NCBI GenBank assembly: GCA_965637545.1
Contig: OZ281494.1
Location: 6,882,001-6,946,000 of the forward strand
Direction: 5' to 3'
Source of the DNA: Phallusia mammillata
Lineage: Eukaryota
DNA length: 64,000 nt
Both the position numbers and the translations under genes were made by a program. Below are positions 11,261 through 26,000 of this stretch, in pieces. The first letter of the stretch is position 1. Every line of letters starts with the position of its first letter. Under the pieces are notes generated by a model. That model was not told where the DNA came from. It ran no database searches and saw nothing but the letters and a program-made list of their open reading frames with translations.

Positions 11261-14200
11261 CAATATGTTTTGGTTTGATCGCAGTTATAGCATAATGACT
11301 GTTGAAATTATTTGCACGCAGAAGTTTACTGATTGATTAGATAACAATTTTAAATTTATCTAATCAAATTGATTTAAATTTATCAGCACAACGCTAATCA
11401 GTATTCACTGAAATGACACGTAGGGCAAAAATATGCAAAATCAGGCAAGAGTCCGCAAATGACTTAACCATTACGTTAACCCAAATAATGTCTATGTCCA
11501 CTCACTTCTCAGGCAAATATGTTGACGTCGCTAGTAGCCACAACAACGGGAAATTACCCAACCATGGCAACCGCCACACGGATGAATGCGCATCTCCAGG
11601 CAGGAAAAATTTAAAACTCAATCAAGCAGAAATCGATTCATAGGCAACTCGTTTCGTGATGTGAGTCTGCATGCCACGTCCTAAACAACAGTTAATGCAA
11701 TAATGAGTTCGTTGGAACAATGTACACAAAACAACAAGCTTGTTATCGCTGTTGTTGTGTGCTTTCGATGTTTCTGCCGCGTTTGGACGTCAAAACGTCG
11801 GTTATTTACAGTAAAAAAACGACTCGAAAAGCAATAGGCCTAATTGTGAATGCGCTTACATTGTACAAAAACCTCTCGTTTTTCATAACTAAAGTCTCTC
11901 ATTTTAAGTTGTCATGACAAAACACATAAGTGTTTTACTACGAACGTATGCGATTGTAAAATATTCCAGTTTTCCTTTTGGTTTTTTAACTTTTTATTAT
12001 TGTCAAAGTATTCCATTGTGGTCAACCCAAACGTACATTGGCATGCCCCCAAAAATCCTTAGTTGTAGCCATTCTACACAACCGAATACTACATCGGATG
12101 TATCGAAATTTCCTGTAGCGGGTTTGACATGGAACAGACTGTTTACGGGTGCGTGTTCACATTTGCATTCAGCACTACACACTCGGGTAAACGACATAAG
12201 AGTATGGGAAATTTCCTTCGATTTCCAACAAAGACCTTAAGTTCTATTTCGGGTCTCGAGCAATAGAAAGTCGACCAAGCGAAGTGGGGTTGGGATCCAG
12301 AAATTTTAAATGAACTGACATCAACTGCAGTGTTTTTTTTTTCACTAAATAAACTTGAACTTCCGCTGGGAATAAAAACGAGATATATTTAGCATTAAGA
12401 CCAAATACAAGCAAGAACATGTTGTAATGTCACCATGAACGTAAAATGTATAGATTACTGTTTCTGATACTTATGCAATAATAAATGAAAGCCTTAATTT
12501 TATAAAATACAAAAGCCGTAAAAGGCAAAAGCGGCGATAAAAGAAGCAAATCATTCGAAACACCGCAAATCCCAACAAAGTTTGTTTACAAAACTAACTG
12601 ACGTTTTTGTAAAATCACATTACGTGAGTGAGCTAATTCCAGTTGTCTATAAATTTCCTAAAGCCTTAGGGGTTTTGTGCCTAAAGTAATGTGCTATGAA
12701 GAACTGAAACCACTTTGTGTGGCAAACAAGGAGTAACGAGTCTAATTTAAGTTCAACGACGAAACCCAGTTCAAGTTCCTATAGTCCAATCCATTGATGT
12801 AGACCACTTGAATGTGTTTAGGTTCGAATCACATAAACGTTAAAATAACACTTGTGTTGCGATACGTTGTGTCCTTGCTGCATTGTATCTGGCGTGAATT
12901 GTTTAGCTAAACTACAAATGACATAGCCGATACGATATGCCAAATGTTTTCTTCAATTCAATGTAAGGATGTGAATGTACACTATTAGGCCTCCAATAAG
13001 TCTTAACTTCTTATGAGCTTTGTATAATTAGTTTTAAGTAATACGAGTTCAGACGTCAATCAATTTCCGATATAAATAGGACTTCTATAAATATTCAGTA
13101 ATTGAAAGTTGGAACTAGAACCACTTGCACAAATAATTTCCAAATTTTGATGATGACTCAATCGACATAATTCAACAAAGAAAGCCAATTTAAAGCCCTA
13201 CTATTGTAGACGTACTCAGTTATTTTCTGGTTTACGAAAACTATTATGTCATTTTAGTTTCGATGACCATAATATGCGTCAATGACCACAATCGCCTCGA
13301 ACGAATTTAACTGCTGTACAAAACGCAGGAAGTTTTAAAAACACAAAAGAGGTAGTAAGGCACGTTAGACACTAAGCTGCCTAGAAGCACAGAATTTTAA
13401 AAGATTTAGCAAACGTAAAACGCAAATACTATGGAAAAGTGATTTTAGTCTATGTTTGGAAAAAAACCTCGCCTACGGTCACAACCCAGCCGTTAGTTTT
13501 CGAAGTAATGTTGAGAAAAAGGCTGAGAGCAAAACCACCACAGGTACGCGTAGAAGTTGGGAGAAAACCACTTGCGTTAAGTTGCGCTTGGGATAGGTTG
13601 CGTATGACAAGTGCGTTTCAGTCTAGGTTAAGTGATTAAACTCCAGATTAACAGAATTTTAATATAGTGAATTTAGTTCAGGCTATGCACCTAAATCTTA
13701 ATGCATACGGGTGTGTAATGCACGAAACATTCAAAACATGTATAAATTTGATTAGAATTAACTATAGTTAGATGATGCCTAGTTCCATATACAGGGTGTT
13801 TCAACAAGCAAATTTGAATAACTTGCGTAGAATGTTGGCAATAAGCAGAATGACGTGCGCCAGTTGAAAAATCGTGACTTAAGTCAAAAACTGGGTTTGC
13901 TTTTTGTTGTGATTTTCGGCCAAATAGTCAGTGCGCAGTTTACTACATACAAGTCAACAGTGGCTGCAGCAAGTTGACTGCAGAGGCATATAGTAATACT
14001 ATGGATAAATTTAAGTTTTAAACCTTCATACCGGAAGTTGAAACCGTGACGTATGTTCAATGAAGATCTACTGCTATGTGTTGACCTTTTAGTGTGACAC
14101 AAATACAAGTTGCCTTGGCAGAGTAGATACAGAAGTTTGTACAGTTACAAACCTATATCTTCCTTTATTTTAAAGCAATGTAAGACTAAAGTGCCAACAA

Positions 14201-14675
14201 AAAATCCTTCTATGTGCGCAAAAATTGCATGGTAATGTTACGGTATAGGTGTAGCTATTAGCAGGCCGAGACGTTACGTCAAACACAACGGATATTGGAA
14301 GCTTCGAATTACACAGTGCAGTACTTGTCTGAATTGCAGTGAGTGAATTACAAATGCAGTACCGTATAGGCTATATAAGACAGTGTGCAGAATGAAAAGC
14401 AACCAAGTTTTATTAAGATTTTAACCACAATTTACAAAACAGCACGTTGCAAATTGTAGGGTTTTGTGCTTGACACTGTTTTGACAAATGAATGGCTTGA
14501 CTTGGTTCTTTGTAATGTAATTAATCAACACCTTGTAAAAATCACTCATGTTCGCAATCAGGAGACCTAGTCGGTTCTATCAGTACAAAGTTACATCGCA
14601 CAAACCTGCGTCATGCTTTTGCTCATTAATTTCTTAGCAATCGTTTATGCGCTTCTGGTTTAAGAGCGGGTATGT

Positions 14676-14718
14676 GACCAAAGCAGGTTTTTTTTTTTTT
14701 TTTTTGACCAAAGCAGGT
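14676..14718 (-). mobile_element. Orphan poly(A) retro-insertion with a 12-13-bp TSD
   Basis: GACCAAAGCAGG, then T18 (14688-14705), then GACCAAAGCAGGT. Confidence 0.7.
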
Positions 14719-15207
14719 GATAAATAAAACTAAACCTTACATGACTCTGAAGACCACGTGCTTGAATGTCGCACAGCAATCCTTTGCAAAAACAGGTGCC
14801 AAAAATAAACTGGTGGCGTGTCGCGCTGCGCATTGGGTTCTGCTGGGTGGGGAAAACTGTGACTCGGTTGGTATTTTAACTATTATTGTGCTCAGCGTGA
14901 AAAGGCCGACAGACAAAAGTTTGCTGCTTGTTCACAGGTAAACAGTCAGTAGTCAGAATTGCACGCACTGTGAGCAGACCCGCACAGATTCTGCGAATTG
15001 CGTTCTGAAGGATTAACTTTGCCATTTCGGACATAGTTTTCCAAAAATTAATTGAAGTTGAATTATTGTTTTTATTAGATAGACATATTTCGTTTTACTT
15101 TTTTGACTTAAATTTATTGTGGTTCTTACACTCAATTCAAACCAGCGGACATCGTTAAACCAAACTAGTTACTGACGCCAACCCTCATTGTGCATAACTG
15201 TCTACAC

Positions 15208-15423
15208 CAGGGGTTCTTAACCTGGGGTGCACGCACCCCCAAGGGGTGCGAGAACTGTTCCTAGGGGGTGCGGGGATGCTGAATCATTAAGGTTGGTTTG
15301 GTCTATTCTATTTAAGCAATTACAGAAGGGGGAGCGAAAATTGGTTAGTGATTTGTAAGGGGTGCGAAAATTGGTTGGTCATTTGAAAGGGGTGCAGCAA
15401 GGAAAAAAGGTTAAGAACCACTG
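15208..15423. mobile_element. hAT MITE, 216 bp
   Basis: TIRs CAGGGGTTCTTAACC / GGTTAAGAACCACTG; perfect TSD GTCTACAC. Confidence 0.88.
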
Positions 15424-17068
15424 GTCTACACGCTCAGGTTTTACTTGTGTTCGATATGCATTCTATAATATATGAACATAACGTTGTCTAAAGGAGTTTG
15501 AATGAATATAAAATGTTTGTGGTTGTAAAAGTTGTGGGCGTAAGTGAGGAAACTTGCGTTTTTAAAGGAAAGTAGGCGGAAACCTGTCGTTAAGTAAGTT
15601 ATCTAAGTTCAAATCGGAGTAATGCTGTTGATTTAGATTGACATCACAACAAACATACATTCTTGCCTCTAAAACCGTTTCGTAAAGACACTATTACAAA
15701 ACATTGTAGCTGAAAAGAATGTAGGCATTGTGTACGCTTTTAAGTGGTTTTTAATCAAAGTACTTTGCAAATATAGGTGCCAAGAGATCCTAAGGAAACA
15801 AATGGTTTCGAGAAATTTAAGATCACAAATTTTACTGGTTCCTTTATTGTTAATGATGCTGTTCAACAGCGGACTGCGAATAGTGTAGGTTAAATAGAAG
15901 TGAGTTTATGCATGCACTTACTCTATTGAAGGGACATATAAGAGCCGTTGCACATAAAGACGTCACTGCAGGCAACCCACGCATTTTTTTCCACCTACAC
16001 GACTTTCCATCCTCCATGTTTTACACACTATATCTCTGCAACAGTTGGCGCTTTGTACTGTACGTTACCTAATGGTATGTTGCATTTTTCACTTAATATT
16101 GCTCATTGCGTACGATGTGTTTAAGGAAGCATAAGTAGGTTTATGAAAAGTTACAATATCGTTTCTGCGCACAGAGTGTAGTATTTTATGCCCACAAACA
16201 AGCTTACCTGTGTATTTAGTTGTAATTGTCAGGGTATACTGGTGTGAACGGTGATACGATAGAAAATGATTCGCCGTGACAAATAAAGTTAGATTAAAAA
16301 GGCATGATACTTAATGTGATTTAAAAACTAGATATTTATAAACATTCTAAACATTCCTGCTAAATGTCATGTCAATTGCCAGTACACACAATGTACGTGG
16401 GTATTAAAAGCAGAATGAGGAGATGTTTAAGATTGTCGAAAATCTGAAAGGTTATTTTGATTTTCAATGTTAGTAACTCATATATGCGGACATATAATAA
16501 ATACAATAGCTCACTTATTTGGTTACTATAATAATTTAAAAACATCGGGTATAGGATGGACTGTTTGTGAGCGATAACTGTGCAAACGAAAATTTTTGTC
16601 ACAATCCATCATAACGAATGAAAGTAAATGATTGCAAACAAACGTGATGTACCGCCATGCAAACTGTGCCGGGCAACAGAACATAGATGTGTTGTTAGCT
16701 TCAAGTGATTTGTAGTTTTAAATTAAATATGTGACGTACATGAGAAAAGACAGGGACTTTCGCTGGAAAATGGGTGTTATTTCGCGGTCAAAAATTCATA
16801 GTGTTTTTTAACTTACATATAACTAGAGATGTTTACTAGGTTACTGTAGGTCAAAACTTTGTGGGTAAGTACAGCTCTACTGGTTGCATTTGATGCAGTT
16901 CTAATAAAGCATGGGGCATTAAATGTCTATAAAATAACATTTTGGTATTTGATTTTGAAGGTCATTTCAAAGTGTAATATGTAGGCTTAAACGTAAATGT
17001 AGAAACTATAACTTTGAACCATTTATGCCACGTGTGAAAAGAAAGAAGTTTAAGGAAAACTAATCACG

Positions 17069-20000
17069 ATGCTTTCAAAAATATTATCACTGCTTTTATT
17101 AATTGCCGCAACGGATGCACAATCGGATGAATTACTTCTTTGGCAGCGATTAAGATGCAGTAAGAAACATCTAAATACAAGTTAAATGTCATAAACATAA
17201 TATATCTTTGTAGTTTATTAACAGCATTTCATGAGTGAATAACAAGCTTGTAAAAACAAGTTTTTTTGCAAAATGTATACTATTTGCTTATCATTTTAAT
17301 GTACCTGTAACGTTTTTCAACCATTAGGTGTTTTGTGTATTTATTTAGTAAATTTTCCTTTTCTGTGCGTAAAACAAAGTTAAAACTAGAATAGTGGTTT
17401 TCCTATATATTGCCGGGTTATATATACTACATCATATTTAATGATGTATCACATATTCCATTTACTATATTCATAATGGATATATATTTGGCACCTACAT
17501 TTGATTGGGTCCCTATCTTTTTCCTGGCACTTTATAACATAATTGTTTCTGCAAGCATAATCTAATGGGTCCTCACCACTAGCGTATTTAGGGGCGGGGG
17601 GACAAGGTGCCTATATAGACAAAATATATAAAGACAAAAACAATATGTGTCCCCTTCCCATAATGAAGTGAGAAAATTAGACCCAAATGCTGTGAGACTT
17701 GTTCGCCTAACTCAGGGGTCGCCAACCCGCGGCTCCGGAGCCGCATGCGGCTCTTTGATCCCTCTGATACGGCTCAGTTTTTGAATTTACCAAATGTTGT
17801 ACATTTGAATAAAAATTATGTGACGATTATGCCGAACACAAAAGTCGAACACGAAAATTGAAGTGCAGTAGCATGACTGTACTCGCTTGTTGCAGTTACC
17901 TGCAAGCCCATCTCTATACCACCAAACGTGAAGTCTGAAAGAGGCAAACTGGCGGTGCGCAGGTTAATACGCAATATGAGACAATACTGTTTTTGTTTGC
18001 AGTGTGTGTGCGCGCGTAACAATAGCTGTTTGTTAATTGTTACGTAACAAACGCGTTAACAAAGGAATACAAATCTGCAAAAACAGAATATGCAACGCTA
18101 CGTAAAGTTGTTTTCTCTGCTGACGAGACTAGTATACCAGTGTGTCTAATATGCATTGAAACACTAGCTAACAACAAAAAGTCGAATGTCATAAGACTAA
18201 AAACGTTTTGCATTTTATTTTAAATTTTAAAACGACTTTGTGGCTCCCAGTGTTTTTTTCTACGTGAAACTGGTCCGAGTGGCTCTTTGAGTAGTAAAGG
18301 TTGGCGACCCCTGGCCTAACTGATTTGGAATTTGTTTAGGCATATTAAGCAGTCTTACAGCGGATGTGACAAATTGTTCAACATTACTGTGCGAAAAAAA
18401 TTCTTCGGAAGTGACGTGCGGTAAGTACATCGCTAAACCTTATCATGTGTTGGATAATGTTTTGATTTCCTTTGTTGTATGATGAAACTTAAAAACGCAA
18501 AAAAAACATGCATTCACTTGAAACAAATTCATGATTGATGTGAATAATATACGTAACCATTTTTTGTGTTTTTTACAGTTTTTGCGCCTGTAATTCCATT
18601 GGATCGATTTCGTACAAACATCAGTAAGTCAAAAACTTCAACTTATATCATATAACGTGCAAGGGATTAAATTGCAAACATCAGTCATACATTTATGGTT
18701 ACTAAACGATTACAAAAATGTCTTTAAAAAAACGAAGCCAATAAATAACATAAAATTCATTTTGAAACAGAAAAATGTAGAACAGAAGAAATATTTAAAA
18801 CAACTTTTTTAGATGCCTCTCTTCCAACATGTTACCGCGGAAGCGGAAATTGTAAGTACAAAATTTATTTGTTTTAAATTTCAAAATTTTATCGGACAAA
18901 CATCACTTTTGACAAAAACATAAATACTGCAGTATTTATTATTCGTAAAAGTGAATTTCCAGTAGAAAATCCATTATATAATGATTTATAAGAGATGCAA
19001 TTGTTACGTAAATCCAGTTAGTTTTTAATCTACATTTTGTTTTTTACTCATTTTCATTTTCGGGTTATTAATAACAAACTTTTGTTTTGCAAACTTTCAC
19101 TGAAGTTTACAGAGAAAAAACTACGCTCAAAAATCAGAGCAACGAGTTTCTTTCACGCGAGGGTAAAGCGATCATTACTGATAATTTGTGTGTTTTAAAA
19201 ACTAGTAACTTGGACCGATATATTTGTGTCCAAATGTAGGTTTATACCAGTTTTTTTTAACAAAAGTTTGTTTTAAACACCTTTTTTGTCAAAAAAAGAA
19301 GAAAAAACTGCAGTAGAGAGTCGTTTTAGTAATACGTTTTTTTAAATCAACGACTTCTCTAACGTACACGATAGCTTCAATGGAAAAAGTCAAAAAAACA
19401 CTAAATTTCACAAAGCGAGAACTTTGTTTGGGTACCCGCACGTTAAAGCAGCGATTTTTCCGCCCCCTACCTGCAATCGGAAATAAGTCTGGTAATTGCT
19501 TGGTACCTCAACGATTACGCTGAAATTTTAAATAAAGATCAAGAATTATTTTAAAAGTTTACCTATATAACATTTTTTGCATTAATTTTTTATTTTGACC
19601 TGTGAAAACAAAACAAACCTAAAAGGATAAAATTGCTGAATCAAGCCACCAACAGCCAAACTATGAAACCTATGTGTCACACACTATAGTGTATTTTAAA
19701 CCTGAAGTTTAAAGTACTTTCCATTGACCAAACATAACGAAGACTGTACGAAAACAATTGGTGGAAGAGGACCCACAATAATGTTGGGATTAATTGTTAA
19801 TATTGAATTTAAATTTAAACTAAGCTACTGCGGTTTTGAGACGGCCTGTGGCAAACGCGACTGTGTGACGACTTGGGGTATTTAATTCTCCCCCTTGCTT
19901 TGTAGGGGATACCGATACGATTAACGGAGCTAACATTACAGGTACTTTCTTGGTTATATATGTAAATGATGTGTTTAATAAAATAAAATCAAAACGCTTA

Positions 20001-23000
20001 ATTTTTGCAGCGTCTTCGTGCAAGGAACTGGATTGTTGCTTAACGCATATAAACTCGCCCAGTGATACGGAATATGATCTTTCCGCAGTTTCAGTAAACA
20101 TGATATTCATAAACGGCACAGGTTGGTAAACCTTTCAAAGAACAAACTCTATACACTTGCGCCTGCTCTATGTCATGCGATACTTGGTGCAGGATAATGT
20201 TCTAACTTGCATATATTACAGAAACAGTATCACAGGAATCAAATCTAAGTTGATTTTTTTCAGACCTAACAAAAAATGTTGCATTTAAGCTCAGTTTTTT
20301 ATGGCGAAACCTATACTCACCATTTAAATCAAGTTTTCCTAAAGGACGTTTGCTCTGTTTCAAAGCAAAATACGGAAACAACTTAAACAAACATGTCTCC
20401 CGTGTTTTATAACATGTGGTGTTATTGTGCTTGCATTTCAACAAAAGTTTTAACTTGAAGTTGTAACAAAAACGTTAAAAAAACATTTTTCCACACGAAG
20501 GTAACATACATTATATTAAAGTGTTTTTTAACTTTTTATAGAAATTGATCCAATCTTGGTTGGTCCGATCAATAATGTGAGAATCATCATTGTAAACTTC
20601 GACTATTGTAAGTAAACGCAAGCAAAACAACGTCATTTTGGTTGTGAAAAAGTTATTGTGTAATAGTTTTATTGTCAGACAGATCCAAAACTTTTGGTTG
20701 GCGTTAGCATTAGCATATTACAGTAAAAAAAACAGAATGTAGAACACTAACTAAGACAAGTTTCTTCAACAGGTCTTAGAGTTTCTACCGATTCACTTAA
20801 TGTATACCCAAACGACTGCCTCAATCTAAAAGATCTTTGTGGTAAGTTTCAATGTGTGCAAATATGCATGAAGCTTTTTTTTCCTATTTCTGTTGCACGT
20901 CGACATTTTTTTGACATGGAATCCCAATTAAATGACTTCGTTGCATGAAAGCTACAAGTATAGTATCACTCACTAGAAGACAATAGCTATGTAACTCTAG
21001 CAGTCCGCACTAGCGTAATGCAGCCAAACGTTACTCAACCTTGCACACAGCCTCTTTATCGACTCCAACAACAAGAGCTACAACAAGCCAAGCAACACCA
21101 GTAGCAACAAAAACAGAAGCCATGACACCACAAGCTACAACTGCGCTAACTCCAACAACACAAGCTACAACACAAGAAGCAACAACAATAGTAGCTACAA
21201 CGACAATCGCTGCAACAACAGAAGCCCTGACACCACAAGCTACAACTGTTCGAACTCCAATAAAGCAAGCTACAACAGTGCATATTTCAACCGCAGAAAC
21301 TACAAATGCAGAAACTTCGACTATAGTGGTTACAACATCACTTGCTGCAACAACACAAGTTACAGCGACAACGCAGGAAGCTACAACAACAATGCAGACT
21401 ATGGCACCACAGACCACGACAATGCAGACTACAGAAGTGAAAACTACAACCGAGAAAGCCACAACATCTAAGGCATCAGCATCACAAACTACACAAGACG
21501 AAACAACACAAGAACAAGGTCAAGAAGTAACTAATAGCGACATGGTAGTTGGTAGCGGATTAAACACAACTGTAGAAATGTCTACAACGCCACAGCCTGA
21601 CCCAACAGCAACACAAGCTGGTAACATCTCTGTGACAAACACTGTGACATCATCAGCACTTACGTTACTTATGCAAAACACAAACACTGTCACTGTACGC
21701 CAAATTACGTCTGGTATTACGAGCATGAGCATGGTTAATTTTGTTTCTAATTTAGCTAACACAACTACAAATGAGACACCCACAACCGCAGAAATACCGA
21801 CCAAAACCACTGTGACTGCGGAATCCACGACATCACATATAACAACACAAACGACTACAGCACCCACAGACAAAGAAACAACCACAGACAACGTAATAAT
21901 CTCAACACAAACAGAGAAAACAACTCAAGCGGCTACAATTGAAAAGACAACTACCCTAAACAAGGAAACAACTATGGAAATAACCACGGTACCCACAACT
22001 ACAGAAACAACCACGCTACTTACAACTGCAGATACAACGACTACACCCACAACTGCAGATACAACGACTGCAACCACAAGTGCGGAAACAACAACAGCAT
22101 TAACAATTGCAGAAACGACGACAGCACCTACAACCACAGAAGACTTAATTACAGAAACAATCACGCCAATTACATCTGCAGAAATAACAACTGCACCCAC
22201 AACCACAGAAACAACGACAGCAGACAAAACTACAGCTCTCACAATAGCAGAAACAACCACACCACTCATAACTGCAGAAACAACCACACTATCCAAAACC
22301 ACAGTAACATCCACAACACTCACAACTGCAGAAACAACCACACCATCCAAAACTACAGAAACAACGACCGCACCCACAACTACAGTATCAACCACAGCAC
22401 TCATAACCGCAGAAACAACCACAGCACCCACAACTATAGAAACAACCGAATCACCCACAACGCCAGAAACATCAATTTCATCCACCGCAAAGATCAACAA
22501 CGAAACAGAAAACATCACAATCGCAGTAATTCCCAATAACCCTGAAACAATAACAACCATTGGAATAACACAATCACGCATGATGTTGCCTGTTTCCACA
22601 GCTGCTGTCGCAACATCGACTGTGAGCACAATGAGTGCAGTAGCCGCTACACAATCAACAACTACAGTTTCATCAACAGCTTCTCGTGTGCCCGACAGCG
22701 ATATCTCAGATGTTGTCGAAAACGAGGCGATTGGGTCAATCCGCTCCATGCTTGGTTTGGTTGAATCCAGTGAAGTATTCGTGACCAGAGACGTCAGCAC
22801 GCCGATAGAAGGAAGATTTTCACAAGCTTACTTCTCTGGGGCAACGGTTAATCCCTCCGCCGTCGAAAGCCTGCTTCAAGTCGCAGTTGTTTCATCACAA
22901 TTCGATATCACTGCAGATGTAAGTGAGTTTGCTTCTGCCGAGGAAGCAGATGGACTCAGTACACAAGCTTTACCTTTCTCCGGTTCACCAGCCCTTAGCG

Positions 23001-26000
23001 TAACCGCTGTAGACACACAATCTCGCAGTATAGTCGAAGCCAAACTCAGTTACTCGATTCAAATCAACGCTACTGCTGATAGTGGTCAGACGGTCGCAAA
23101 TCTTGCCAGGACAAATAATAACAGCGGGACGTACGCGGTGACAAGAATCAACAAAGTAGAAACAAGATGCGGATTTTTCAACGCAACCCAAAGGAGGTTT
23201 TCGTCAAACGGTTGCACATTGCTTCCAAGCAACACAAGCGAAGAAGTTTCGTGCTTCTGTAACCACACAACGTTGTTTGCTGTCCTGCTCTCTGTTCAAA
23301 CCTACGAGGTCCCATCGACGGTCAAGGTAGGACTTAAGTAGCTTTAGTGAGATTTAAAGAAATAGAAATACGGGGACAATAAAACTATACAGCTGTTTAC
23401 AAGACGGGACTACGCTAAATCGATAAAGTAAAGTTTGTTGACAGTTTGGCTCACCATAAAGTTTGGACTATAAATATTTCATACAATTTACACCGCAACA
23501 ATGTGTTTGCTAAATACCTAATAGCGTCAAAAAATTTTATCAGAAAGCGCATAATTATGCTGCAAAAACAAAACAAGTTTTTTAATTGAAATTCGTGTTC
23601 CTAGTCGAACAAATCAAAATCTTATTCAATCTAGGGGTAAGCGATAATAGTAATGAACAAAAATCGAAAAACGAATAATATGTCGTACGCTGCAAGCATA
23701 TAGTTGTACGCTGCAAGCAGATTTAGAATTGCACACGGCTTTCTGTTACGTGAAATCTATTGACAGCAAGCTCGGGACAGACTATTTCCGGGGATTGAGC
23801 TGCCTTTGCTTATAACGTGGGGCCATTTGCGCGACTTCTTTGTAAACCCAACGTCTTGACGTTTTGTTTTTTAAAATTTCTTGCATGAAAACAAAAAATC
23901 AACCATTAGGCTATATTCAAAAAGATTGGCCTCGTTTTAGCAAATTGGGGCTGGCCCGTTCTTTTAACACTAAGTTACCTCTGAGTCAAATGTGACATCA
24001 TAAAAGAGTGGTTGTTACGTTGTGCATACGCATCAGGTTGAATACAACGTCCCACGCATACCATGGTGCAAGAGCGACTTTCTAATGTTTGTAAAGCACG
24101 AAACCCATTGTTTCATTTAAAGTACCTAAGTTATTGGGTTATCCTTTGGAATTTTTTTATTTACAAAAAATGGAACAAATTTTTTTATGAAAACGCCATA
24201 CAACAATGACAATAAATTTGACCCTTTCTATCAAAAACTGGACATTCATGTGTGTAAAACCCCAACTAAAAGGGGACTGACAGTTTTATTGAAAGGCACC
24301 CGAATATTTGTGGAAAACCCCGCTGCGCCACAATGGCTTGTTTCGGGAGAAACACGGCACCTTTTTTCCGACCCGCTTCTAACAGGTTTGCCCTGGGAGC
24401 AATGCCCCTTGTGACGTCAATGGCGTGTCTTATATCGCGTTACGCATGACTAGACTTCACTGCCGCGTCCCAAGCGCTGGAGTCTCAAGGGTTGGGTAGC
24501 GAAGCTTTGGAGCCCAGACCACATCTCGCCGCATACTAAATATTTGAAGCACAGAGACTCGTGGAAACAATTCAAGTTGCGTTTTTAACCTTTTTAGTGT
24601 CATAAAAGACGAGTAAGACGAAACGAGGGGCTTGCTTTACAACTGTAAAATTTTCGTATCGTGTCCCAACGGTTAATGAAACCCAAAACGACACGAACTT
24701 TATTTTTAGTGGACGAAATTCCAACCGGGTTATTTGTGCAACAAAATGCTAAAGCGGGCCATTGCCATAGGTTTAACAACACAGTATTTGCAAAACCTTG
24801 TGTGTTCGGTGTTAAAGGCGTCGTTAGGTTTGTTGGTACATTACAAACGACTCAAAATGAACAACGGTGTTTAGCTTAATAGGATGAATATTGCTGGAAC
24901 AACTGATTTCGGTCTGATGTACGAAAGCCGCTTGCATCTCTTGACCAAAAGTCGATTTTGATGTACCGTAGCCGCTTTCCATTCTTAACTAAAAGTCGAT
25001 TTTGATGTAGCAAAGTCGCTCTTAACTAAAACTCTCTTCACAGTTGCTGTCATACATCACCGAGTCGATCAGCATATTGTGTCTCATCATCACCATTGCC
25101 ATACTTATGACAGTCCGGAAGAAAGTGAGAAGTGACAGAACGGTTGTGCAAATCAACCTCTCGGTCGCCCTCCTGTGTTTGCACATTTTTAACCTCTTCC
25201 AGGACTTGGCGGTCGAGGACAAGCGAGCGTGCGAGTTCGTTACCGTGACAACGCACTTTTTTCTGTTGGCCTCGGGTAGGTTCCGTTATTATTATGCACG
25301 CCAGTGATATTTTGACATGGTCACCAGAAATGACAAACATCGACTGTGACTTTCAATGCGTGAAAACGGTCGGTGTTTTAGGGACTCGCAACACGCCCTT
25401 TGATTGCAGTTATGGGAAAAAAAGCTAAGTTAGCTGTGACTATCAACTTTCAATGCATAAAACCAAATTAGCTTTCAAATGTTAGAATGACGTTGGCTGA
25501 CTAGCGATTTTCCAACTAAGGTGCATGGACGCCTATAAGAGACCTGCATGTTGTGTTGGCTTGGAAGTCCTCAAATCCGAAAACCAAAAAGTAAACAATA
25601 CATAAACTGGCTTTATCCGCAATAGTGGTAGTTTAATAGAATGGGCCGTACATTTCGTCACACATTGTCTTTTAGACCGATTTTTACAAAACCTCTTATG
25701 TGATGTTATTGTAAAGAATTTCTAGACATGCATTTGCATTCCGATTGTCAGCTAGCATAATTCATGTCGTAAAATTCCTACTGTTCACTTCAAAACAAAG
25801 AAAACTAAGTATGTAAAACGTGACTTTGCACTGTCAAACACTGCAGTTGTATTGCTAAGCTCTGCAGTCGTCGACGAATAGGGATTGCTATTATATTTGA
25901 CAACTTTAAAGTATAATTATGCAACAGGAACTTGGATGCTTTGGGAAGGCCTGACACTTTTCATCAAAACCACCGACAAAATACTTTCGCTGAACAAGAA

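Noticed and set aside
11914-12240. 108-aa plus-strand ORF and 64-aa Cys/Trp-containing minus-strand ORF
   Set aside because: No motif, splice context or paralogy that I can support.
19113-19162. AG...GT block as a possible gene B exon
   Set aside because: It gives an immediate stop (T+AG) in the required phase. The 18851->19906 splice restores the conserved Trp.
21031-22800. Long minus-strand Val-rich ORFs (143, 123 and 291 aa)
   Set aside because: They are antisense shadows of the ACN-rich mucin exon of gene B, with no independent gene features.
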